Below, piece after piece: positions 1 through 8,837 of a DNA stretch of 64,000 bases. The notes beneath the pieces were generated by a model, which saw only the letters and a list, made by a program, of their open reading frames with translations, was not told the origin of the DNA and ran no database searches. The stretch comes from a virus (lineage: Duplodnaviria > Caudoviricetes): the IMG/VR virus record IMGVR_UViG_3300037067_012889, positions 32,001 through 96,000 of that record. One strand, 5' to 3'. Position numbers and translations under genes: made by a program. How positions within the stretch are numbered: position 1 is the stretch's first letter; the number at the start of each line of letters is the position of its first letter.

Positions 1-122
1 ATATGATTGGTTAGTAGACGGAGACAGACATATCTGCCCCGACTGCCAAAGCAATGAGAATAAGAGTTAGTCTTTTATTGTGATCTCGTTATTATAGTGA
101 AAACTAAAATAAAGGATAACAT

Positions 123-695
123 ATGCAATTGGATAATTTATCTGGGACGACTACAGAATCTGACGACACCACATTAATTCCATTTCCGGAATTGCGCCAG
201 GTATACCATTATGATTGCGTAGCATGCGCGTTGACATGCATACTCGCCGCTAACAATATTAATGTTCGCGAAGATGAAGTTATTAGAATCGCCGGAACTA
301 CAGAAAAGGATGGGACAGATCCACCGGGCGTGTTCAAAGTCTTGGAGCATTTTGAATTAAAATATCGTGCTGGTTCGATGGTTCTACAAGATATCAAATC
401 AGCAATTAAAAATGGGCACCCGGTCCTTCTAATGCTACAGGCATATCGTGATAATCCCACCATACCATATCAAGATTGTTGGGATGACGGCCATGGCGTA
501 GTTTGTATTGGATACGGAGATGAGAAATTCATCTTCGAAGATCCAGCCAGCTATACTCGTACATGGCTAAGTGAAAATGAACTGCTAACTCGATGGCACG
601 ATACTGACGTAAATGGCACACGTCTTATGTCATGGGGATGCGAAATATTACAAAGGCCACAATTTGAATCTGGAAAAGTCGTCAGGATGGAATAA
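123..695 (+). CDS. Peptidase C39-like (papain-fold) protein
   Basis: Q..YDC (Cys), GHGVVCIGY (His), FEDP (Asp) in C39 order. Confidence 0.75.
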   Translation: MQLDNLSGTTTESDDTTLIPFPELRQVYHYDCVACALTCILAANNINVREDEVIRIAGTTEKDGTDPPGVFKVLEHFELKYRAGSMVLQDIKSAIKNGHPVLLMLQAYRDNPTIPYQDCWDDGHGVVCIGYGDEKFIFEDPASYTRTWLSENELLTRWHDTDVNGTRLMSWGCEILQRPQFESGKVVRME

Positions 696-1114
696 TGCAA
701 CTTAATGGTTTACAAGGGACGATCATAGAATCGATAAGAAATCTCGAAGTATACCATGGCGGCTCTCCTGCTAAGGGCAAGTTAGTTACCTATTATACTA
801 CATCGGAAAAGATGGCACAAAGCTATGTCGAGATGTTCAATGATAGGTTCGGTAACACTGGAAGGGTCCACAGATCGACAATTACTATAAGTAATCCAGC
901 TCCACCGGAAATCATCGATCTGGAAGCGAAAAAGGTTGGTGTGAATATTGATGACTATACCCCGGCAAGCGTCTTTGATTCCAATCTACAAGGGTATAAT
1001 GAGGTTGCTAGGCTGGTAATAACCCTCAAAAAGCGGGGTTATGATGGTGCAATACTAAAAGATATAGGATATGGTATAGGTATTGTAGAGGATGTCTACA
1101 TTGTCCTTAGTTAA
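695..1114 (+). CDS. ADP-ribosyltransferase-like phage protein
   Basis: VYHG ... YYTT..MAQSY ... GYDGAI pattern of small phage ART-fold domains. Confidence 0.5.
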   Translation: MQLNGLQGTIIESIRNLEVYHGGSPAKGKLVTYYTTSEKMAQSYVEMFNDRFGNTGRVHRSTITISNPAPPEIIDLEAKKVGVNIDDYTPASVFDSNLQGYNEVARLVITLKKRGYDGAILKDIGYGIGIVEDVYIVLS

Positions 1115-1139
1115 TGATTGATTTCTTTTGTGCTAGAAC
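1111..1139 (+). promoter_or_regulatory. Phage promoter motif
   Basis: TTAA-N14-TGTGCTAGAAC; TTAA includes upstream stop codon. Confidence 0.65.
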
Positions 1140-1194
1140 AGTCTAACCATTTGGTGCCACAGTAGTATCACTATCCTTTCTACCGGAGGTCGTC

Positions 1195-1536
1195 ATGAGA
1201 ACGTTATTAGCATGTTTGGTGCTGCTTCTCACAACCAGTGTAGCCAATGCGGCTTGGCAAGAAAAGGTGTTTGATGAAAAGTACCAAATAAAGGTATATC
1301 CCGCACCTACTTGGGAAGTATGTGACCACGGGAGCCTCCATCTCGTTCAACCGGCTCCATATTGGGAAGAACGAACCAGGACAGTGCGTCAATGGTACTG
1401 GGTAGCAGATCCACAACCCATATATGTGCATCCACAGGTCTACTCAACATCTCCAATCTACGTATGTCCACAGACTATCTGCGTGTGCCCGCAAACCTAT
1501 GTGTGTCCGCAACCAACATATTTTTATAGTTGGTGA
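1195..1536 (+). CDS. Secreted hypothetical protein with YVCPQ repeats
   Basis: GGAGG RBS; signal-peptide-like N-terminus (ANA-A); C-terminal repeats. Confidence 0.65.
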   Translation: MRTLLACLVLLLTTSVANAAWQEKVFDEKYQIKVYPAPTWEVCDHGSLHLVQPAPYWEERTRTVRQWYWVADPQPIYVHPQVYSTSPIYVCPQTICVCPQTYVCPQPTYFYSW

Positions 1537-1588
1537 TGTGTTCAGAATGTCGGAAATAGTATTTAATTCTCCGGAGAAGGAGAATAAT

Positions 1589-1936
1589 ATGCCGACACCT
1601 GAACCGACGCCCGAGCAAAAAAGTATGATAGAGCAATCGCGGGAAGCGTTCAAAAAGGGCGAATACATATTGCTCAAGGACTACATTTCTGAATTACGTG
1701 AAAAAGCGATCCTTAAACGGATAACAATAGTAACGGCTCAACAAAAGAGTAAGTGCGAATTGGCCATAGATATAATGACCAACGGGCCTGTTGTTGCCGT
1801 ATCAGTCCTTGAACATGGCGGATATAACATAACAGTCAAGTCAGGAGTGGCATTGATATCGACCGTCTATAATGGAATGTCATTGGCTGACGCGATTATA
1901 TCGGCTAGTACAGATTATGAACTTAAATCAGAATAA
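1589..1936 (+). CDS. Hypothetical protein
   Basis: AAGGAG RBS before ATG 1589; in co-oriented run. Confidence 0.55.
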   Translation: MPTPEPTPEQKSMIEQSREAFKKGEYILLKDYISELREKAILKRITIVTAQQKSKCELAIDIMTNGPVVAVSVLEHGGYNITVKSGVALISTVYNGMSLADAIISASTDYELKSE

Positions 1937-2225
1937 CATTCACATCACACAATGCTGCTGTTCGAACCATCATTGTGTAGCGGCTGCAGCGTGGGAAGAA
2001 CCTCACTACACATTAGAAACGATGGTGGCTGTGTTCAAAAACAGCATCGCTACCGCTATCAATAACAGACTAATCAATCCATGGTGCGGCATTTGCCACA
2101 ATGACACGTTCATCTACATTGACGAAGTAGTCACATCTAGTTTTGAGGACGCGGTACAGCGTGCGTTAGAAATCCAGGCCGAAAGTTTCAAAGCGAAGCG
2201 GGAATTAGACATATTAAGGAACTGA
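1917..2225 (+). CDS. Hypothetical Cys-rich protein
   Basis: ORF overlapping previous stop; CxxC motif. Confidence 0.5.
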   Translation: MNLNQNNIHITQCCCSNHHCVAAAAWEEPHYTLETMVAVFKNSIATAINNRLINPWCGICHNDTFIYIDEVVTSSFEDAVQRALEIQAESFKAKRELDILRN

Positions 2226-2230
2226 CCTGG

Positions 2231-2398
2231 ATGACAGTCAGAGATTTACGAGAACTATTGTTACTGTGGCGAGAAGCAAACAAGCGTCTAGATTTGATCG
2301 AAAGCATCCATATGTCCGGTGGTGATGCTTTCGATTTAGAATGCAAGCTCGATGAAAGATTGGGTCGCGTTCTAGAATTGCTCAAGAAGGAATCTTGA
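2231..2398 (+). CDS. Small hypothetical protein (55 aa)
   Basis: Hand-translated ORF MTVRDLRELL... fills gap. Confidence 0.5.
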   Translation: MTVRDLRELLLLWREANKRLDLIESIHMSGGDAFDLECKLDERLGRVLELLKKES

Positions 2399-2401
2399 TA
2401 T

Positions 2402-2665
2402 ATGCCCGGTCCAATAAGCGACTCATATGATCCGGTTTGGGGAACGGCCAGTAATGCCAGTGAAGTTCGTGATGGAATACACGAAATGGACGTCGTGTTG
2501 ACGCATATGATAAAAACCCTCGCTCACAGCGAAGAGGCACCACGTTATATTCTGAATGAAATCAGAAGAAAAGACCATACTAAGATCCAGGTCGAATTAA
2601 CAGAACGTCAAATGCGAATATTACGCTACGCTTGCCGTGTAGCACTCGACGAAGAGGACATATGA
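2402..2665 (+). CDS. Hypothetical protein
   Basis: ORF in co-oriented run. Confidence 0.6.
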   Translation: MPGPISDSYDPVWGTASNASEVRDGIHEMDVVLTHMIKTLAHSEEAPRYILNEIRRKDHTKIQVELTERQMRILRYACRVALDEEDI

Positions 2666-3162
2666 TCATGTTCAAAGTTATGCAGTTTGAACCGAAGACG
2701 CTGCGATGGTGGTACTCGCAGCGTTCTAAGATCGATATGAACCCTTCCTACCAATGGCGTGGTCGCTCTTGGTCACAAACAGACAAAGCACTTCTGATAG
2801 ATTCAGTCCTTAATGAATACGACCTACCGAAGTTCTATCTTATCGACTTCACTTTCGGCCATACTAAACTGAATGTGAAAGGTATACCCTATGCCATTAT
2901 CGACGGCAAACAACGTTTTGAGACTCTATTCGACTTCTTCGATGGAAAACTTGTTCTAGGGAATGACTTTGTATTCCAACAGAACCGCTCATTAAAGCTA
3001 TCTGGGCTTGGATTTGCGGACCTAAGAAAGAGCTACCCCGAAGTCGCAGATATTTTCGATAGCCACAACCTGTCTGTCATGCGCGTTGTGACCGACGACA
3101 AAGACAAGATTGGTGAATTGTTCACCCGACTGAATCATGGTGAGCCGCACGTCTTAGTTTAA
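2662..3162 (+). CDS. DUF262 (GmrS/ParB-like) domain protein, probably truncated
   Basis: P.YQ.R..W, LIDS, IIDGKQR, LF.RLN motifs; ends right after RLN. Confidence 0.8.
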   Translation: MIMFKVMQFEPKTLRWWYSQRSKIDMNPSYQWRGRSWSQTDKALLIDSVLNEYDLPKFYLIDFTFGHTKLNVKGIPYAIIDGKQRFETLFDFFDGKLVLGNDFVFQQNRSLKLSGLGFADLRKSYPEVADIFDSHNLSVMRVVTDDKDKIGELFTRLNHGEPHVLV

Positions 3163-3169
3163 TGAAAGA

Positions 3170-3646
3170 TTGGGTCGAATTTTGATGTATGACTGTGGTG
3201 AAACAGAATGTTTCGGGCAACCAATCAATGGAAAGCTTCTTGTCGTAGGAAAATCGGCTGCTGGTGATTTTACCAGTTGCAGACCATGGGCATGCATATC
3301 AATCGGATGCGAACCGGGCGATTGGCCAAAAATCAACAAATGTCAACTCATAGATTGTCTGCAAATCGCATTTGCCGATATCGATCAGGCCGATAAAGAT
3401 AAAATCCTGTTCAGCGAAGAACACGCTCGACAAATTTGGGAGTTTGTCGAGCGTACTTGGGACAAGGTTGATTTATTGTTGATTCATTGCCTTGCTGGGG
3501 CATGTCGATCACCAGCTGTTGCCGCTGCTATCGCAAAGGTTAAGTATGGCGATGATAGTCTTTATTTCAAATTCTATGCACCAAATATGCTTGTCTATCG
3601 TATAATGATAGAATGCGCATTCACCAAGGGACTTATTAATGTCTGA
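3170..3646 (+). CDS. Protein tyrosine/dual-specificity phosphatase-like
   Basis: HCLAGACRS = CX5R P-loop; start uncertain. Confidence 0.8.
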   Translation: MGRILMYDCGETECFGQPINGKLLVVGKSAAGDFTSCRPWACISIGCEPGDWPKINKCQLIDCLQIAFADIDQADKDKILFSEEHARQIWEFVERTWDKVDLLLIHCLAGACRSPAVAAAIAKVKYGDDSLYFKFYAPNMLVYRIMIECAFTKGLINV

Positions 3647-3986
3647 TTATCTTCATATCGCTAGCGATGATGACAACGACGATTCACAATCAGATCTGAA
3701 AGAAGAATTCACCAAGGAAGATCTAACTCCCGGTACGCTAGACAATCCGAAGAAATTTGGTCTTTTTGATATTAAGACCAAAACATGGATGGGCTCAACC
3801 GTCGCTCCCCTCACATTCGGAAAGCATATAGTTGCGCAAATCTCTGCGCAGCTACTTTGTGAGAGGATGGAAGTACCGCTAGGACGAATCGTAGTTAAAC
3901 CATATATCGACGCTAGAAAAAAGGTCGAAGATATTCATCTAAACGTCTCTTTTGAAGACGCCTGGGAGAGGTTGACAAAAGAATAA
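3639..3986 (+). CDS. Hypothetical protein
   Basis: ORF in co-oriented run. Confidence 0.6.
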   Translation: MSDYLHIASDDDNDDSQSDLKEEFTKEDLTPGTLDNPKKFGLFDIKTKTWMGSTVAPLTFGKHIVAQISAQLLCERMEVPLGRIVVKPYIDARKKVEDIHLNVSFEDAWERLTKE

Positions 3987-3988
3987 TA

Positions 3989-4732
3989 ATGTTACCGCAT
4001 ATTATCCCATATAACAAAGCGAACGTCGCAAAAGATCAGCCATGGCTATCTGACGTCGATCCGAATTACTTGGATATGCTAGATATATTCGGATATAACA
4101 CAGACATAGAACCATGTGTTCTGCAAGATCTGATTACTAGAGCAGATGAAGGCGATCAATACGCCTATCAGCAGATCTACCCTCTTTCGCATTTCATATT
4201 AACCACAGATTATCGTATCGTCCAAGAACCAAACGTATTGCGGTGGGGAGTTTTCTTGGAAAAAGCTGAACACCGTTCGATAGACATCACGACAATATCT
4301 GTCGGACGAGACCATAAGCACGGCACTCCATCGTTTAAGACTGAATATGTTTGTGTCTCAACCGTCTTTATTGGTGCTAGTGAAAATGAACTATTTGAAA
4401 CGAGGATTTTCGGCGGTCCACTAGATGGTGCATGCTGGCGTCACAAAACTCTTATCGATTCCAAAACAAAGCATTGGAAAATTGTCCAGACTGTCCGTAG
4501 TTTGAATCGACACATGAAGCGTCATGGGAAATCATTCAGAAAAGATTGGCTGAGATTGCAAAAAGTACATCGGCTTGCGAGTATTCGTGGTTTCGGATGG
4601 CTTAGTAAGCATGTAGATGTTCTGGAAAATCTATATATCAGACTCGGACGTGTGCCTGGCCGTCCGCAAGTCCCGCAACCAAACATTATGCGCACAATGA
4701 TCCAAATATTCATACCAAGGGAATCATTATGA
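3989..4732 (+). CDS. Hypothetical protein
   Basis: Long ORF; STVF...LFET.IFGG phage-like motif. Confidence 0.65.
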   Translation: MLPHIIPYNKANVAKDQPWLSDVDPNYLDMLDIFGYNTDIEPCVLQDLITRADEGDQYAYQQIYPLSHFILTTDYRIVQEPNVLRWGVFLEKAEHRSIDITTISVGRDHKHGTPSFKTEYVCVSTVFIGASENELFETRIFGGPLDGACWRHKTLIDSKTKHWKIVQTVRSLNRHMKRHGKSFRKDWLRLQKVHRLASIRGFGWLSKHVDVLENLYIRLGRVPGRPQVPQPNIMRTMIQIFIPRESL

Positions 4733-5115
4733 GTTTTCCGCCACGTTTCCTACATAGTCACGATCATCTTCAACAAAATCCGGATCATGAGCACGTTGTA
4801 GTTGATCGCGAAGATTGGATTGAAGCACGGAAAGCTTTAGGGCTTCCATCGCAATTAACTGAGGAAGATTGGAACGAATACGATTTTTGCGTCTTCTTAA
4901 TTGATGGGACAGTCATTAATCAAGAGATTACAGATGCATTGTTTGTGGCTGGGTGCGACGATGGAACAATCGCCACTTCAGGCACTCGTGCCTGGATCAG
5001 ATTCACAAGGAAAGCCGAGTCGCTCAGAGCTGCTATCAAATCGGCAGTCCACGATATAGAGAAAGCCAAATGTGTCGTTGTAGCCCATGTTGAAATTGAG
5101 ACTAATACATTATGA
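4729..5115 (+). CDS. Hypothetical protein
   Basis: LF.AGCDD...F.R.A.SL..AI.SA..DI pattern resembles a small bacterial family (recollection). Confidence 0.65.
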   Translation: MSFPPRFLHSHDHLQQNPDHEHVVVDREDWIEARKALGLPSQLTEEDWNEYDFCVFLIDGTVINQEITDALFVAGCDDGTIATSGTRAWIRFTRKAESLRAAIKSAVHDIEKAKCVVVAHVEIETNTL

Positions 5116-5729
5116 TCTACTTCACTTCCGACATGCACATACGACACGGAAACGTGTTAAAGCATATGCCGCTCAGGGCCGCTGCTTTCGGCAACATAGA
5201 TACTATGGGCGAGCACTTTATCGATGAGTGCAATCGCGTCGTGAAGCCGAATGATGAATTACGTATACTTGGTGATTGGATTTGGGGTGCCAGTTGGTAT
5301 GGACATTACCGTGCGAAGTTCAAGGTACGCAAAATTCATGTAGTAGGTGGCAATCATGATTATCGATCTATTTCAAAGTATGTCTCGTCGTACAAAGAGA
5401 TCGATTACACTAAAATCGATGGCATCAGGTTTCACTTATCACATTATCCGATATTCTCTTGGCGTGGCCGTGAAAGGCCGAAGTCGATACATCTATATGG
5501 ACATTCTCACGGCAGGAGCGAAGCATTCTTGAACGAGCATTTTCCAGGAAGAAGAGCAATGGATATCGGAATAGATAACGCATTCACACTGCTTGGAGAA
5601 TGGCGACCATTTTCGCTCGATGAAATATTATCTATATTAAAGATCACCCGATGCCCAATTTGTAATAAAATCGATCCGAGGCACGATAAAACGTGCCCAA
5701 ATTTTGTCAGTATACAGCGTGGTATTTAA
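5112..5729 (+). CDS. Calcineurin-like metallophosphoesterase
   Basis: SDxH, LGD, GNHD, HYP, GHSH motifs. Confidence 0.9.
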   Translation: MIYFTSDMHIRHGNVLKHMPLRAAAFGNIDTMGEHFIDECNRVVKPNDELRILGDWIWGASWYGHYRAKFKVRKIHVVGGNHDYRSISKYVSSYKEIDYTKIDGIRFHLSHYPIFSWRGRERPKSIHLYGHSHGRSEAFLNEHFPGRRAMDIGIDNAFTLLGEWRPFSLDEILSILKITRCPICNKIDPRHDKTCPNFVSIQRGI

Positions 5730-5740
5730 AAGGAACACAT

Positions 5741-5813
5741 GGGCCAGAAGCATAATGGTTTATGCAAGACACTCATAATGTCGGGATTGCAGGTTCGAGT
5801 CCTGCCTGGCCTA
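5741..5813 (+). tRNA. tRNA with CAT anticodon (probably Ile2, otherwise Met)
   Basis: GGGCCAG/CTGGCCT acceptor, loop CTCATAA, GTTCGAGT T-loop; no CCA. Confidence 0.85.
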
Positions 5814-5903
5814 CTCAAGCCCACTTTGGGCTTGAGGCGGTTAATTGGTACGCTTGACGTGCAAAGGGAAAACTCTTAACCGCCTATTTTTACAATCAAG
5901 ATT

Positions 5904-6077
5904 ATGCTTTGCGAAGATTGTCATCAAGAGATTGCGCCAGAGCGTTTGGAATATCTTCCAAATACTAAATATTGTGTAAAATGTGCTGTAAACCATCCAC
6001 CGCCTACACCAGATCCAAATATTTTGTGTGCAAAGGCTAGTGCATCGTGTTCTAATGGATTTGCTCCGAAGGACTAA
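5904..6077 (+). CDS. DksA/TraR C4-type zinc-finger protein (57 aa)
   Basis: Hand-translated MLCEDCHQEIAPERLEYLPNTKYCVKCA matches C..C...I...RL...P....C..C. Confidence 0.8.
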   Translation: MLCEDCHQEIAPERLEYLPNTKYCVKCAVNHPPPTPDPNILCAKASASCSNGFAPKD

Positions 6078-6078
6078 T

Positions 6079-6438
6079 GTGGAATATACTACACTAAAAG
6101 TTCGAAAGGACGATGTAAAAGCCGTTCGTGAATTTCTGGCGGAACGAAGGAGACAGCGTGCACATGACAAAGCAGTTAAACGTTACCTTGCTAAAGCCTA
6201 TAAATTTCTAAACGCCAATAATGACAGAAGACTAGCCTACGTCAAAAGAAGGCCAAAAACAGAATTTCATTGGTGTCATATTATGGACCAAGAATTAGCG
6301 ATGTGGGCATCACTCGCAAGGCTCGTCAAAAAGGATGAATATATCGACATGTGTGCCAGACGAGGATTTGGCCCAGCACAACGGCGATTTCTAGAAGAGG
6401 GACTGGAATCAATCGGATTAAAAGGTTGGACATCTTAA
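6079..6438 (+). CDS. Hypothetical protein
   Basis: GTG start after previous stop. Confidence 0.55.
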   Translation: MEYTTLKVRKDDVKAVREFLAERRRQRAHDKAVKRYLAKAYKFLNANNDRRLAYVKRRPKTEFHWCHIMDQELAMWASLARLVKKDEYIDMCARRGFGPAQRRFLEEGLESIGLKGWTS

Positions 6439-6605
6439 TGCCAGAAACCACAGAAACTCAATTCAAATGCCCAAACTGTGGATTCGTTGGATCTCTTGAA
6501 CATTTTGATGTATGTGGTGCTGATGATGGCAAGATGTTCTGTACACAATGCTCGTTGGAAGATGAGATGATAGAATTAGACGAAAACGGAAATCAAGTGC
6601 CTTGA
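6438..6605 (+). CDS. Small zinc-ribbon protein
   Basis: CPNC...CTQC. Confidence 0.6.
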   Translation: MPETTETQFKCPNCGFVGSLEHFDVCGADDGKMFCTQCSLEDEMIELDENGNQVP

Positions 6606-6859
6606 TGAACGAGAAACGCATTGCCAAAGAAAAATTAAAACCAAAGAAAAGACCAGAAACTGTCTGGTGTAGTTTTAACTTCTATGACAATCAAGAGGCA
6701 AAACCATTACAAGTGGGCGGCAAACGCCCCAATCACGTACGCTGTCCCAAATGTGGCAGAAGGTTAACCCCACAAACAGTTACTCATACCGGTTGTGGTG
6801 AACCCTTTGAACCATCATATCTTATACCGAAACACAAAATACCATATTCGAAACGATAG
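6605..6859 (+). CDS. Hypothetical zinc-ribbon protein
   Basis: CPKCGRRL motif. Confidence 0.55.
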   Translation: MNEKRIAKEKLKPKKRPETVWCSFNFYDNQEAKPLQVGGKRPNHVRCPKCGRRLTPQTVTHTGCGEPFEPSYLIPKHKIPYSKR

Positions 6860-6930
6860 CCGGTGTAGCTCAGTGGTAGAGCAGCTGATCTGTAATCAGC
6901 TGGTCGTGGGTTCGACTCCCTCCACCGGCT
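6859..6930 (+). tRNA. tRNA-Thr(TGT)
   Basis: GCCGGTG/CACCGGC acceptor; stem GCTGA/TCAGC, loop TCTGTAA. Confidence 0.85.
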
Positions 6931-6942
6931 CTGTGCAGCATA

Positions 6943-6971
6943 TTAACTAGATAGTCTTCTCGTGCTATAAA
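6943..6971 (+). promoter_or_regulatory. Phage promoter motif (leaderless gene)
   Basis: TTAA-N14-CGTGCTATAAA; ATG 6 nt downstream. Confidence 0.75.
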
Positions 6972-6976
6972 ATAAT

Positions 6977-7192
6977 ATGACAATGATATATAAGAAAATG
7001 TCTGGTACAGAAGCTAACCAGCTAATTGATTGGGCTGAAAAACACAACGTAGATTGGGATATATGGAATGCTGGTCAAACACTTTCCAATCACAATATCC
7101 AATGGGAAGTTGGTTTGAATAGATGGCCAGAAGAAACCATCACAAAACCATCACAAAACCATCACAAAACCATCACAAAAAGTCTAACATAA
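6977..7192 (+). CDS. Hypothetical protein with repeat-derived C-terminus
   Basis: ORF directly after promoter motif. Confidence 0.55.
   Translation: MTMIYKKMSGTEANQLIDWAEKHNVDWDIWNAGQTLSNHNIQWEVGLNRWPEETITKPSQNHHKTITKSLT
7134..7177 (+). repeat. 11-bp tandem repeat x4
   Basis: AAACCATCACA four times. Confidence 0.95.
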
Positions 7193-7194
7193 CC

Positions 7195-7404
7195 ATGCCA
7201 GAATATACGCTACACTCGCTATTCGACCCAGACTCGATGTGCTCAGATCCTCGCAATTTTGTCGATACGCCAACAAAAGATGGCCGGATGATTCGCACTA
7301 CATGCAGGGTGTGCGGATCATTTGTCGGATATAGACCGGTAGAAGTCATCAAAAAGACAAGAAAGCGTGTAGGAAAAACTACAAAAATGTTGGCGATCAT
7401 ATAG
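7195..7404 (+). CDS. Hypothetical protein
   Basis: CRVCGSFVGY motif. Confidence 0.55.
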   Translation: MPEYTLHSLFDPDSMCSDPRNFVDTPTKDGRMIRTTCRVCGSFVGYRPVEVIKKTRKRVGKTTKMLAII

Positions 7405-7422
7405 TCAATGTGCCATGCCAAC

Positions 7423-7496
7423 GCTCCCGTAGCTCAGTGGACAGTAGCAGCGAGCTTCTACCTCGCAGGTCGTCCGTTCGAATCGGACCGGGAGTA
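7423..7496 (+). tRNA. tRNA-Arg(TCT)
   Basis: GCTCCCG/CGGGAGT acceptor; GCGAG-CTTCTAC-CTCGC anticodon arm. Confidence 0.9.
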
Positions 7497-7533
7497 CTTG
7501 ATTAGACAGTAGTGTTCTAATCAAAATTATGTA

Positions 7534-8034
7534 ATGAAAAGCACATTTTTGATTTGTACACATTGTGGAAAGAAATTCATCAGCAACAAAGACCGTATAC
7601 CGAAAACACCATTTTGTTCTCAGAAATGCAGAATAATATGGCAGCAATCGCTAAGACGGCAACAAATAACTCATGGAGCCACGTCGCGATGTGCTAAATG
7701 CGGTGATACCAAACCAATAATAGAGTTCAATTCGAAAGGGAAAAGGATACAATCATATTGTAGGACTTGTTTGAGCACTTACCAGATGAGGCGATGGAAT
7801 AAGAAGAAACTATTAGCTATCGAATACCTGGGAGGAGTTTGCAAGTCTTGCGGGAAAGGCGGTCATCCGGCGACATTCACATTTCATCACCGGGACAATA
7901 AAGAATTCGAGTGGGCGAAGCTTAAACAGAAATCATGGGATAAGATTCAAAAAGAGCTTGACAAATGCGATTTACTGCATGGCGACTGTCATGTTATGTT
8001 GCATATTAAGCCGGAATTATGGAACGACCTTTAG
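7534..8034 (+). CDS. HNH-type homing endonuclease
   Basis: Multiple CxxC, FHH.D, EL.KC.LL...CH...H. Confidence 0.75.
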   Translation: MKSTFLICTHCGKKFISNKDRIPKTPFCSQKCRIIWQQSLRRQQITHGATSRCAKCGDTKPIIEFNSKGKRIQSYCRTCLSTYQMRRWNKKKLLAIEYLGGVCKSCGKGGHPATFTFHHRDNKEFEWAKLKQKSWDKIQKELDKCDLLHGDCHVMLHIKPELWNDL

Positions 8035-8121
8035 GATCGGTGGCCGAGTGGTTATAAGGCGGTGGTCTTGAAAATCACTGTAGGTGAAAATCTACCGGGG
8101 GTTCGAATCCCTCCCGATCCG
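8034..8121 (+). tRNA. tRNA-Ser(TGA)
   Basis: GGATCGG/CCGATCC, loop CTTGAAA, long variable arm, G73. Confidence 0.92.
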
Positions 8122-8152
8122 CTACGAATTTCACTGAGTATGTGAGAAAAGG

Positions 8153-8377
8153 ATGGCTAATAGAAATCCACTGACAGATCCACGACGAGGAGATATTATC
8201 TCGGCCAATAATTGCGATATTGGCCGAGAAGTAAATCATGGCGACAACTTCAGGGTTGACTATAGCCCATGGAAGGGTGGAGGAGCAGAATATCACCCTG
8301 ATGGTACATGCTCACTTGAAACTTGGCGTCGTTGGTGTCGCGAGCACAAGGCAGCGGTAGTGAAGAAAGGTGAGTGA
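8153..8377 (+). CDS. Hypothetical protein
   Basis: ORF in co-oriented run. Confidence 0.55.
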   Translation: MANRNPLTDPRRGDIISANNCDIGREVNHGDNFRVDYSPWKGGGAEYHPDGTCSLETWRRWCREHKAAVVKKGE

Positions 8378-8594
8378 AATGGCTGATGCTCCGAAAACAC
8401 GCTTCAAAGTATTTTTTGATCGTATTGATACTCCCCATCACGAAGAAGCGATGAATAAGCTATTAGAGCGTGTTAACAATTGGGAGCTAGAAGGAAACAG
8501 GACTATTGTTGCATGGGAGTGGCGTCATATGTCCGAATCCGGGCTTCCAAGTCGCACCTATGTCGAAGTCGAAGTCATATATCGAGAAACATAA
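8370..8594 (+). CDS. Hypothetical protein
   Basis: ORF in co-oriented run. Confidence 0.55.
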   Translation: MSEMADAPKTRFKVFFDRIDTPHHEEAMNKLLERVNNWELEGNRTIVAWEWRHMSESGLPSRTYVEVEVIYRET

Positions 8595-8837
8595 ATGAAA
8601 CTTTCGCAAGCAATTAGGGAATTAACACAGATACAAAGCCGAGTTGGTGATATTGAATTCAAAATCATTATTCGAGGCGAGATCATAGAGCGAGACACAG
8701 AACAATGTTTCGCCACAGAAAATTTCCACATTGTAGCGGTCGCCAAGGATTTTTGTCCACCGGATTTGTTTGTCACGCCATTGCATTTAGATGCACTAGG
8801 AGAATTAAATGATCAGTGTAGTGGACGAATTAGTTAA
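8595..8837 (+). CDS. Hypothetical protein
   Basis: ORF abutting previous stop. Confidence 0.5.
   Translation: MKLSQAIRELTQIQSRVGDIEFKIIIRGEIIERDTEQCFATENFHIVAVAKDFCPPDLFVTPLHLDALGELNDQCSGRIS

Noticed and set aside
5814-5885. Extra tRNA after the CAT tRNA
   Set aside because: Two hairpins are present but there is no T-loop or cloverleaf; likely a terminator or processing structure.
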